A stretch of DNA of 64,000 nucleotides, from assembly GCA_963924565.1 (NCBI GenBank), contig OZ004607.1, positions 2,232,001 to 2,296,000 on the forward strand, given 5' to 3'. The position numbers and the translations under genes are program-made. The DNA comes from Ascidiella aspersa. Lineage: Eukaryota. The notes beneath the pieces were generated by a model. It was not told the DNA's origin. It saw only the letters and a program-made list of their open reading frames with translations, and searched no databases. Below, piece after piece: positions 44,201 through 56,200 of this stretch. Position 1 is the stretch's first letter; the number at the start of each line of letters is the position of its first letter.

Positions 44201-47200
44201 TTTGTTATTTTTTGTTTGCTAGCTTGACATTTTTCTGGTGGTTTTAGCTAACTTCTACTTTTAGTGGTATGTTTTGTTTGTTAATGGTAGTTTAGCTAAC
44301 ATTACCCTGTTCGTATAACTGTTGCAAAATGTATCTTAATCCAAGACGAAATTAAATTACACAGTTATCTATAATTTCAAAAAATGTTGCTTTAATTATA
44401 ACTAGTAAATACTGAAAACAGAATTAAAAGTATTTTTTGCTAAAATTATTGATTTTACCAAAATGAAACTATTATGCGCAGTAAAACATTAAAAAAGCTA
44501 TTTATTAATGTTTGGAATATTTATTATGAGATACAAAGGCTCCTTTAAGTAAGTGTTTTCAAATAACAACGTCCCTTCGAACAACAGTTGATTGTTTCCT
44601 CCACAGGGGTTTAGACGGCGTGTCTATGTCATCTGTCTGTATGTTCTCGATGAGGGAGAGCATACAAACCTTGTTCGACACCGGATCCTTCCTTGGAAAA
44701 GCGGAATTTGAATCAAAGTGAGTTAAAACTTAAATCCTAGTATCACTAAAGTAACCTTATTGGTGAAGGATTTGTAGCTTGCTTGCAAAATTCCAATGTT
44801 GAAATAATCTAAAATAGTGATGTGTTTGGTAGTATAAGCAGTACATGCTAAAATACCGACACGAGCGTTTAATACTTATAAAAACCTACTATGCAAACAT
44901 TAATTTTACAGTCAAAATTTTTTCACTTGTAACATCGACAAAAGACAAATTCTAAGCAAATCTATTATTCCACAAATAATGAAAACTTTTTCGAGTTTAT
45001 TAAAGTTGTGTTTACAATTTTTTTAGGCCGGATTCCAACAACGGTTATTCTGGTCGTAGTGAGACAACCAAAGCAGTTCCAATTCCCGACGACTTTACAC
45101 CAAGTCCTCGTCCTGGGAGGTGGGTCGGTGTGTTTTTGATGGTTTAAGAAATAAAATACCACTTCAAACAACATTTTTGGGGTCACATCCTTCAGCGTCA
45201 TATTTTAGTATTATCAAATCGGAACCGATAACCGATACAAAAGAATATCGGTACTCGTCCAGTCGTCCGATACTAGAGTGGTCTCGATATGATTCTAAGT
45301 TAGTTTTGCATTACACCCATGTTTTGCGATCTAACTCACAGTTTTCTATCTTTAAACGCAAATTTTGGAGAATAATTATATTAAAATGGAAGATGAATAT
45401 GATTCATAGCGCAACAGACAATTTCCGACCTACACCCTAGAAATCATTATTAATGCGTTTATCATTTTTTTTTATCTTTTTTTAAAATCCCACAATTTAA
45501 ACTGACCTATATAATGCCGCGCTAAATAATTCATTCCTACACACTACATTCCATAAAGTTGCCCAACAGAGGTAAAAACGCCACGCTCCAGAAATTACAA
45601 AAACACTTTAAATATCGTAAATATTTACTCAGTCGCACAATACCTGTGTTAAGTCGGTAAACGTGCCCTGTGTTTTATGTACCTTGTTAACCTCATAATC
45701 CCAAAAGCCGTCGCGGCCACCTACTGTAAAATCGTCGACCGTCTGGCCCCGAGTAACCTTTAGACTTTGTCGTGACGATGCGAACTCTGGTAACCTTTGA
45801 AAGCACCGAACTGCCTTGCATTTTTAAAACGCAATAGTTGGATGTTGCATACTCACAAAATATAAAAAAACATGATTTTTATCTAAAGAATATATTCCCT
45901 GCCAACCCTGGTCCATACAAACCAAAAAAGTTGTTAGGGGTCCTCGAAAAAAGTTTTAATAACCTTCTTAATCTATCACATCACATAAATTTGCACCGCA
46001 TTTCAACTTAACGCACATTTTTGACTAAAATAAAATTGGTTGTTACATGTATGATTAATTAGTTAAATGCTGTAATGTTTTGATTTAGTTCTTAGTCACA
46101 TTAACTGAACATAATACAATTTTGTATAAAAACCTCGTTCTACTCGACCTTTTTGGCTTTAAAAAGCTACATTACACATACATAATAAACCAAATTATAA
46201 GCTACATTACAGATGCATAATGAACCAAATTATAAGCTACATTACAGATGCATAATGAACCAAATTATAAGCTACATTACAGATGCATAATGAACCAAAT
46301 TAATTGCCGTGTTGTTATTCCAGCTGCCACAGGCAAAAGAGTGACGAAGAGTTGGCCTTTATCAAGAAATACCCGCTCATGTACTCGTCAGTAAAGCCAA
46401 TCTACAACCAACCAATCTTCACAAGCGAGTCAGAGTGAGTTGCTTCAACTTGATTTATTGCCACAAACCGATTTAACATTGTACAGTGGCGACAACTAGG
46501 CCACATTATGACGGGCGATTTCGCGGCGATCAGCGAAATCATTTTGACGTCATTCATGAAAGCTAATGTTTTGCTTACGTAATGGGTGCTAAATATGTCA
46601 TCGAGTTTCAAATTGGTGGCGTTCTTTATCGGATTGTAGCGTTGGTTAATCATTTAAAAGCATGACTGTAGGAGATTTAAAAGTTATTAATATTACTAGC
46701 TTAAAATATTTAATGTTCTATTGTAATTAGTTTAAATAACTTTTAGGTTAGGTTTCTTACTTTAATCGCCATAAAGCCATACACCTAAATTTTACAAAAC
46801 ATGCTACAGTGTTATATTTTACAGTGAACACCGTTTACCACATTTTTAATATGACCTGTTTTTTCTTCAGTATTCGCGTTACTCAAATAGCGCTGGATAA
46901 TAACGCCGGGTACCACAACAAGAAGGTGCTGTACCTTGGAACTGAAAAGGGATCCATTCTTAGAGTGAGGACTCGTTTCGAGTACACAGAGGTAAGTTTG
47001 AGGAGGTATAAACATAACATACAGGATAAGCAGTAATACTAAAGATTAATGTAAATCACATTTCAGATATTTGTAACAGGGTTGCCACTAAGTGTTTGGA
47101 ATGTCTTTTATTGATTTGTGTATTCCAGAGTTTTGGAAAACCCTAAAAAAAGCCCCGAAAGGGATACTATGTCACATATAAAACAAACACTAAGTGCATT

Positions 47201-50200
47201 GGAACACAATGGTTAGAGGTGTAATAAGACGTAATAAGAATATAAAAGTTTTTTATTAAAAAAGTTCACAGAATAATACCTACTTCTGTATGGGCTTTTA
47301 TATTGCTACTATGTATTGTACAACTACAACCTCCATTCATTATCTTACATTTATTCTAAACTTTCACAAAATGTTGCTCGTTCTTCTGTATTGGCTGAGC
47401 TATTCGTACTACGACTGAGTGCATTCTTAACATTTTTTCTTACTTTAGGGTCCCAAGGCGATTTTGCTGGAGGAGATGGCATTTAGCGATTCCGATAAAT
47501 GCACGAATCTCGCGTGCACGGTTCGATCCCTGCATGTGACCAGACCGGCCGTCGGGAAACCAAAAGCGCGTAAATCGATGCCTGGAGGTCCTAACGTGTT
47601 TGTGGCATTCACTGACCGCATTACCATGGTCCCTGTGGCTGTGTGCATTTCATACGGAAAGGAAGAGTAAGTTTTGCTTGTTTAATATATACTTTAATAT
47701 TTGAGTTGACAGCTGAACTTTTAACACGGTCCGTAAATGTAAAGCATTTGGGCGTAATAGCTTAATGTTGCAGATCCGAAGCCTGTATGTAGTATTGTTT
47801 AAATGTTCCATTGAAACAATGCGCATTATTGACGTCATAATAGTTGGAGGTAGTAACTAAACTCCGGAGTTATTAAGTTACACAAAAGTGCGGGTAAAAT
47901 TGTATGTTTCGAATCTAAAAATTATGTGGTACTGTTTAACGACAAATGTATTAAGATCATGACAAGCTTTCGCACAATTGTGCTTTATCAGGTTAAAGTA
48001 GAAATGAATTAAACAAATACAGTTACCAACAAATAATTCTATGTTTGGGATATTTCTTTAGTATCCGCTTTGCTGAAATTTAACAATAATTATTCCCCAA
48101 CCTTTATAAATTCTGCACTGCCAAGCGTTAATGCTTTATTGCAAAGGACATTAAATTAAAACTTTTGTTTCAGTTGTTGCAACGCCGACCCAGATTGTGG
48201 TTGGGGAAGACAAGGATGTCAGCAAAGAAACGCAAGCAACTAGTAAGTTCTAACAAATCGTTGAGTATAGGCTCCCTTTAGACAATAGTATTACAGAGAC
48301 TTGCAGTCCAACTACAGTAATTTAAATAAAAAATATAAAGTAAAGATGTTCGGATATCATATGATCTTTTATATTTTTATAGGTTTAAAACAGTAACGTA
48401 CCTAAATACAAAAAAATGGAAGATCGCTTAAAGAGACGCTTTATAATTTCTATACACTGACACAAAAAACTGACAATGCTATGATACGTGTTTCAACAAT
48501 ATTGTAAAACAGCACAAACACATTGATAAATAGACTGATAAATTGAAACATACATAATTTCATAAACACACTGTGTATTCTGTGATTCAGCCCCTTTGAA
48601 CTGTACTTGTAGGCTAATAATTGTACGCTTATTTAAAATTAAAAGTACCCCATTTTCTATGCCATGTTGGCAGCAAGTAACGTTTACTTTTACCCCTCCA
48701 CAGCAATTCGCTTCCAGCCATCAACAACCTTGCTTTAGTTCCAAGCAAATGTGAGGTTCCACCAACACCACCTGGTAAGTGAAACCACCACTTGCTGTCG
48801 TAAAGCCTTCTGTCGTGGATCTGCCTTTGCAAGGCCAATAACTAGCACAGAATTGCAGTGTTCGAACTGCTAGCCGTCTTTATGTACCTAGCAACTCGAA
48901 AACTGTATTTTTGCACTGGTTTTTGGCTTTGTTAAGCACATCCACGATGTTATGTTGCTTTTTGTAAGGCCTATTGGTCGCTTTGCTTTTGAATGTGTAG
49001 AATCAGAACGCAGGTCTAGGATGTTGATCTAAATCTTTTCCGATCCCTGCGTTCGTTTTGTGCTATTTAGAAGCAGAGCGACCGGGAAAAAATGCTGTAT
49101 CTGCTTTTTGTTGTAAATGTCATTTATGTAAGAAGTTTTCTAAACCCACATTATGCCAGGTTTACGCGAGCAACAACATGGCCATAATTTGTCTCTCAAA
49201 ATGGCCTTCAGTCTAAAGTGGAATGTCCCCTTTTTTAAAAAAGGTTTTTTTTAATAGCAATATTAAACTAAGCCATTGAATTGCTATTTGAAAATGTCGC
49301 TTTAACCCTGGCATAATGTATAGGAGCACCAAAATCAAAGGCTGACATTTTGTGAAATGTAACAACTCTTACTTGAAAATATTTATGAACATAGATACAC
49401 GAACTCTATATTGTTTTAACCTAGCTAAAATGTTTCATGTTGATTCGCTATGTAGCGCCTTAACCTAACTCCCAAATAGCTTGTATTTATTGGTGAAAAT
49501 CCTAAATATCTTCAAGCATGTGTGTAATAAATGTATAGTGGTGCCTTTGCAAGCTGTTCTAGGTTTATTTGGTGAATGCATGAATCAAATCGACTGTAAT
49601 CTCGTCATACGTCATCAACTTTGCATGGTGCATGGTCACGTAATACTAATGACGTCACACTATGGTGTTCAAAAGTACCAAGATTGTTTGTGTAGCGTTT
49701 TAAATGTTTTAATTTTAAAGGAATACGTCATAATGGGTATTGTTCTAATAACATTGAATAGTTTTTTTGTTATGGTTTAAACTAAGAATAATACCATATA
49801 AAAATATTAAAAAATCGAAAAAAGATATAAAACTACAAAAAACAAAATATTTTTAAAAGCAAAAATTCACAAACATATTGAAAAATAAAAAAAAATGGAA
49901 AATTATTTTAAAACAAAATTAAAGAAAACAAATATTGAATAAAAAAAGGCATAAAGTCAGCTTATGATTGATAAAAAAGAAATAAATTGCATAAAAGTAT
50001 GTAATCTATTAGGAAATTGTGCATTCAGCGGTGTGTTGCGGTGGTAGAGTCGGAAAAACACAATTTGTGTTTCGTCATCGCTGTTGTGACGTAATATCAC
50101 GTAACAATCGTCTACATCACGTACTCAGAATTAGCGTTCCAACAACTTAAGCAACACACCGCTGACTGTATATTCGCTAAGGTTTTGTACAAAAAACGCG

Positions 50201-53200
50201 CGCGTTTCATAAAAAAGCGATTGTTTTACATCATTGTCATCACAAATAACAATGTCGCGCGAAAAATCGCTTTTCGCCATTTTCATTCTTTTAAGTTTTC
50301 GTCTTTTTTTCGCTCCGTCGCCGATTTTCGGTTGTGACCTTGAAAAACGGAAGCAGCTGAGTTTGCGACCTTTGTGACCCGGTGCCGCTGCCTAACCAAA
50401 AGCACCAGGTATGACGTAACAATGTGAGTTGCTAACAACAAACCTTGCACATCAAACACAACCCATATTTGGTGTAGTTTTCTTAGGCCTAGATATTGCA
50501 AGGCAGAATCAGGAAATGGCAGCTATAAGAAAGTTAACAAAGCAAGATAAGTTTTCAGTTTTTAAGCTCTTAAAATCAATAATATTTGCAGAATATTAAC
50601 TTCCGAGATTAAGAATATTTGTATCTGGAAAGCGAAAGATCTCTCAGTGAGTTTAGATAGCAATTATTTAAAGCAACATGTTTGCCAGTTGTAAGCTATT
50701 TTGCATATTCCAGAAGCGTTATATTTTTGTGCTTCCAATGCATGTTTTGGGTTTAAATTTTCCGCGGTGAAGTTGGTGAAAGCGCATGTGACCAGTCAAG
50801 TCAGCCAAGGTTACAAAAAACCTACAAAAGAACTATTTGAAGGTAAAAGAGCCGTATTTTTGCCAGGTTTGCATTCTAGTAGCCGCAACTACTGTATTTA
50901 TACCGAGTATACTTTTTGCATGTTTTGTAGAAACAGAATTTTCATTTTCCGATTCTGCTTTGCACATTATTAATCCGACTAATATCACCTTTTTAGTTCC
51001 TTACCATTTTTACAATCATAAACAAAACCCTAATAACTCTATAATAACTACAACTTGTGTTTTTATACAAACTTGAAATTCCGAATCGTTTTTTCACGCG
51101 CGCCTTTTTCTCTTCCAGTTATCAACTGTCCCAAGACGCCTCGCTGCGCCGACGTGGCCAAGCGTGACGCCAACCATAGTGACGTCACACAATCGACGAC
51201 GCCCCGGGTCGGATGCGCCCCAAAGTCCCCAGGACGCAAGAGACCCCAAGTGGACAGAAGAGCGACTCCAAGAAAGGATAGGACTCAGAAAGATGACCCG
51301 GGAGCCTCTCATAGTTGCCAGGATGCTTCCTCCAGAGAGGAGAAGACTGCTGTGATGCAGAGCGACGAGATGCTAATGGGGCTCTTTCGGGAGCGTATCC
51401 TTCCTCTTGTGTCCTCCTCCTTCCACGAGACCCTTCACTCACTGCCGGAGCAGTTCTCGGAGCGTCAGCGCCACAACTTGATGTACCAGTTGCAGGAAGC
51501 TTTGGCAATGACCACAAACCTTGTTCTCCGTAATCACAGGCAGGAAAGCTACCTGGGGACTTGCACAGTGAGCAGCTTGACACATGCCTACCCTCTTCTG
51601 ATGCGCGAAGTCGCTTTATGGCACGAGAAAGCCTTGGAAAGTATGGTGGCTGATGATATGATGAACGCTTGTTGGACTCGATCCACCAGCAGTGGATCTC
51701 CCTGCGTTGGAACGGTCTCCATCAGCATTCCACTTGCTCCTACTCTATGGGAGCCCCTCAAGAACTTGATGAGCCGCGATTTCGACGCCATTTGTGACGT
51801 CATACCGGGCGCGAGCGCTCAGGCGTCCAACTGCAGCCACCTGGGCGCCGTGGCTTCGTGCAAAGACGGACGATTCTCCAACTCGGCCAGCTGCCAGCCT
51901 AAGGAGTGTCAGTTCGTTGGGCTTCCAATGGACGTGATGGCCTTCTTCAGGCACGTGAACGATTGCCAGAAGTTCCTTAAACCAGGAGTCCAGCCGCTTT
52001 GGAAAGACGTTAACGTTACCTTGAGCCCAGTGAACGCCATACGCGGCCATTTGGAACTTTACCTGAGCCGCGACCATCCATTTCTCATACGTTACTCGCC
52101 TGTACCTGAGAAAGTGAAGATCTCTTTCCATTACAAAGCCGTTCGCGATTGCGACCTTAACAACGCGTTGTGTAATGGCAAGAGGAAGGGATGTAACCCG
52201 GATTTGGAGGACACAATGAACACCTGGTTTACAAAGGTTGTGGGAAGCCTTAAGTACAAAAAACCGAAGAAGTGCTCGCGTCAGCTCGCAAAGTACAAAC
52301 AACAGCTTCAGCAGAGCGACAGTCAACGCTCACAGATGACCGGGCAGACCTCCAGGATCAGAAACAGGGGGCAAGTATCAAGATCAGCATCCAGAAGCAG
52401 AAGACAGGCTTATGACGCTCGCGGGAGGCGGCAAACCTTCAGAAGACCCAACCAGGTTCATCCATCGATGCCTAAAAAATGCAGGTACATCAAGAAGTCC
52501 GCTCCTCGCTTAAAGAGCCGTCTCTGGCCGGATCTTGTCCTCAGAGCACAAAATAGAGGAGGAGAGTACAGAGGAGGAGAATACTCTGACCTTCCGCAAA
52601 GAATCAACTTCTACTCTCTGGAACACCTCCGGGACTTTTTCGACAACAGATGCTCAGTCGCTCCTCCACATCCAAGTTTCGCGACCTTCGGAAAAGCTGT
52701 TCGAAGGAAGAAGATAAAGAGTGAAGTGAGGGTTTTCGTGTCGCGCGACATGCCCTTTGTCATTGAGAGGATTCCCACTCGAAACCGCATCACTTTCAAG
52801 TATTTCACGCACAACGTGTGAAACTTTTAAACACTGAAACTCGTTTTTTCGTTTTTTGTTTTTCAAAAAAACAACTTTGCCCCTGGTAGTTTGCGCTTTT
52901 TTCACTTTCCAACTTGTTTTGGGAAGTTTTTCTTCGAAAACGCTAATTAGTTACTCATTTTTGAACAAGGTATTTAACTGAGATTAATATTATCTAAAAA
53001 TTAACAGTAAAACGCATTTCAAACTTCCAGGGGCGAAGCTGCTTTGAATATTAAGAGCAACATTTACCAACCAACTCATTCTTTTTCCTCTGTTATTTAT
53101 TTATTCTTTTTCTCTTTTTGTCGTTTTCTCTTTCTGTCAAGTTCCTGTCTTAAAGCGCCTTATGAAAGAAAAAAAGCCGCTAGTGTCTTCTCGTTTTTTT

Positions 53201-56200
53201 CTTCTCTTCCGCCGATAAATGTCCAATATATATTCACTCTATATATATGTTCTGCCACTGTGACGTCATAAAGTATTGCGGACTACTTGTTTTTGTTTGA
53301 ATTCAAACAAATACAAAAGAGGCCGACGATTTTTCTTTCTACCTCATCAAAATCAAAACAAGGACAGACACCACATCACTTTAGCTTAAATTATTGGAAA
53401 ATTTAATCATTTAAAATGAAGGATTACCCATAATGTTGAATTCAGTATAAAATGTAAAATTACATAAATTAAAGCAATTCATAAATTTATCAGTAATATT
53501 GGGGCTTAGAAAATACAAAAACTAGTCCCAGTTTGGAATTGAAACAAACTCAAATTTTTCTCCTAAATATTATAATGCTATAAATAAAACTATTTATGAA
53601 TTAGTCATTATTGGATCTTTGAAACATATCTCTATAAAATTTTCCAAAATCCTAACCTTCGTCAGAATAGGTTTGGGAAAATATAGAGATTTTGAATTTA
53701 CAGATCGGGATTTAAAAAACATTATATTGGACAAATATCGTAAGAAGTTATAAATCGCTTTCTGTCCTTTATATTACACCTTGCAGCACACTCTGCCTTT
53801 TTTACGATCACATTTTAACCTAGATATTATTTTACTTGCCAAACACATATTCTTACCTCGTTTTTAGTCATTCAAGGTCTGATAAAGCATTTGTAGCAAA
53901 AAATGTCTACTTTTTTAACAAACACGTTGCTGAACTGATTTTTTACACTGAAACCTTGAACATGCAGTACGAGGCCAATTTATTGCAGTTCTACATTATA
54001 TGAATTATCGTAATCGTTACTATTGTGTAGTGTTATCTCATACCTTTATCATGTCGTTCTGCATTTTGTTCTTATCATCGTTTTTAGCGTTATTCCGAGG
54101 GTCGCTAGTTCGATTCCCGGCCCTTACTTGCATCACACTTTATGACGTTTGCCAAACTTCTTCACCACCGCGGCGGTTGCCATGGTTACGCAGCATCGTG
54201 CGTCCACGTGCCTGTAGGGGATTCCCCTCCGCGAGTTATTATTATTGTTAGGTGTTGTGTTTTTTTCTCTTTTTACGTTGTTTTCATGCAAACGCGTGGT
54301 TTAATAAATCGCGAACGAGCTCAATTTTTTTGATGGTGTTTTATTAGCAAAGTTCAAGTTGAGTAAATAATATTATAGTGTTGTTGCCTGGAGAAAATGG
54401 CCAATTTCAATTAAAAGCGGCTGATTTTTTGTAAGAACTTAGGTAAGAAAATGGCAAACAGCTACTTACTGAAACGGGCATAAAACAAAACCAAATACCA
54501 ACATGGTTTAAGAGTTTTCACAATAAATCAAACTTCAATTAAAGAAAGTAATTAGGAAATGGCATTATCATTCTTATCACAATCAATTCTAAGATACATT
54601 TAATGCGAAATAGGACTTTTACAATCCCGTTACACTTTCTGATTGTCACTGTTTCAATGCTTTAAATATCTGACCTTTTCTCTTTAGATCAAGATTCAAA
54701 AGTGTGCAACAATGATTATAAAGCTCGTAAAATAATGGTTGTCAGAAAAACATGTTTTAGTAACATTTGTCTTTTTAAACCTTATCTTTTCATGTTTGGT
54801 CTAGCGAGTTCTCTGTTTGTCTCCATTTATAATCTATTTTCGTAATACATACACTTTTGGCATTTTGGGCAAAAAGTAGATTTACAATGCACGACGCCAT
54901 TTATCGGTAGTAATTGCAAAACCATTGTGTTTCCTTTAGATATATCCGATACTTTTATTCCGATACCAAGACCCGATATTTCAAACAAAAACCCGATACC
55001 AAGTTACGTCATTAATATGTCCTAACGAGCAATATAACTTAAATTGAAACGTTCAAAAGTCTTTGGTTATTAAAAAGGCAAAATTGGCTTTAGCGTTAAG
55101 AAGTTTAATTTTTATCCAATTAAGTTCATTCATGTTCACCTTTCAAGCTAAAAATCGCTGCGTTAGATCGCAAATCAATCTGGAATTTTGTATTAATTTG
55201 GTATCTTATCGGCGCCGATAACACAGAGTATCGGACGATACTACCACTTGGTATCGGGTATCGGCTCCGTTTCGATATTAATTCGGTATCGGATCGGCAC
55301 CAATTTCTCCGAAGTATCGGACGATAACTACCACTTAGCATCGACTGTCAATCCTCTACTATCGGACATCCTTAGTTTCTATACACGAAATCATTTCCAT
55401 TTCACAACTTACCAATAAAAAAACTGTCTACGAGTTTATAGGCGCTTAACGCCATGTAAAATAATTGCCCCTATTAAATTAAGGCTTGAGTTATTAAATT
55501 TTATCGCCATATTCAGCAATCGTCTCTTCGGCTTCGAGTAAGCCTAAACCAATTTCAAGTAAAGTCAAACCACCACCCGAAGTGGGTCAAAGTAAGTTGG
55601 TTTGTCGCTGAATCACAACTGCTAAGTGGCTTATTGATTTGAGTGGAGCTTTTCGCAATTCACCAGAGTCTTTAAATAAAATGCTAATTTCATTTTGTTG
55701 TTCGTTGCTGTGCGAATTTGGTTTGAAAACCTACATTGTTAGTTTCAGATAAAATATCGCCTTATCATTTTTACTAGCAACCGTTAACGTAACTAAGTTG
55801 GTAATATGATGTTATCAACAATCCATGTAAAGATTTTTTTTACATTTTTCTAAGTAATTAAATGTTTATTTTAAAGTTTAAAAAGCAACTGATCAAAACT
55901 AATGTGGGTAAAATTTAGCCAATTTGAGTTATGTTTTATAACAAACTTGTACAATCACATGGCATGAAGGTATTGCATGTTTTAGTAATTTTCCTTATTA
56001 GTAACTGTAGTTGGATGCCTATGTATTAAATATTAAATGAAGAAACCTAATCGTTTTTGCAACATTTTTAATTAAATTGCAAAAAAAAACTTTTTATAGA
56101 AGTTAGCATTTTTAATTATTTTCGTAAACTAATTATTCAATATTGAACGCCACCTAAAATGTCGGTCAAATTAACCCTCGGGCGTCGCAACCATATTGCG

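Noticed and set aside
46164-46302. 35-bp repeats as a CRISPR array
   Set aside because: The units are contiguous with no unique spacers, there are no cas genes, and the context is a eukaryotic intron.
51055-51118. ORF-track N-terminus of the 588-aa ORF (MCFYTNL...)
   Set aside because: The start is TTG and the segment is an intronic polypyrimidine tract; the exon most plausibly begins at 51119.
51119-52821. Large intronic ORF as a transposase, reverse transcriptase or viral gene
   Set aside because: I see no DDE, YxDD, GIY-YIG or zinc-knuckle motif and no flanking TIRs or LTRs. A profile search is still needed to exclude this.
51185-52905. Minus-strand ORFs (132, 193, 83 aa and others) overlapping the large exon
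   Set aside because: Antisense shadows of a GC-rich coding exon with no independent features.
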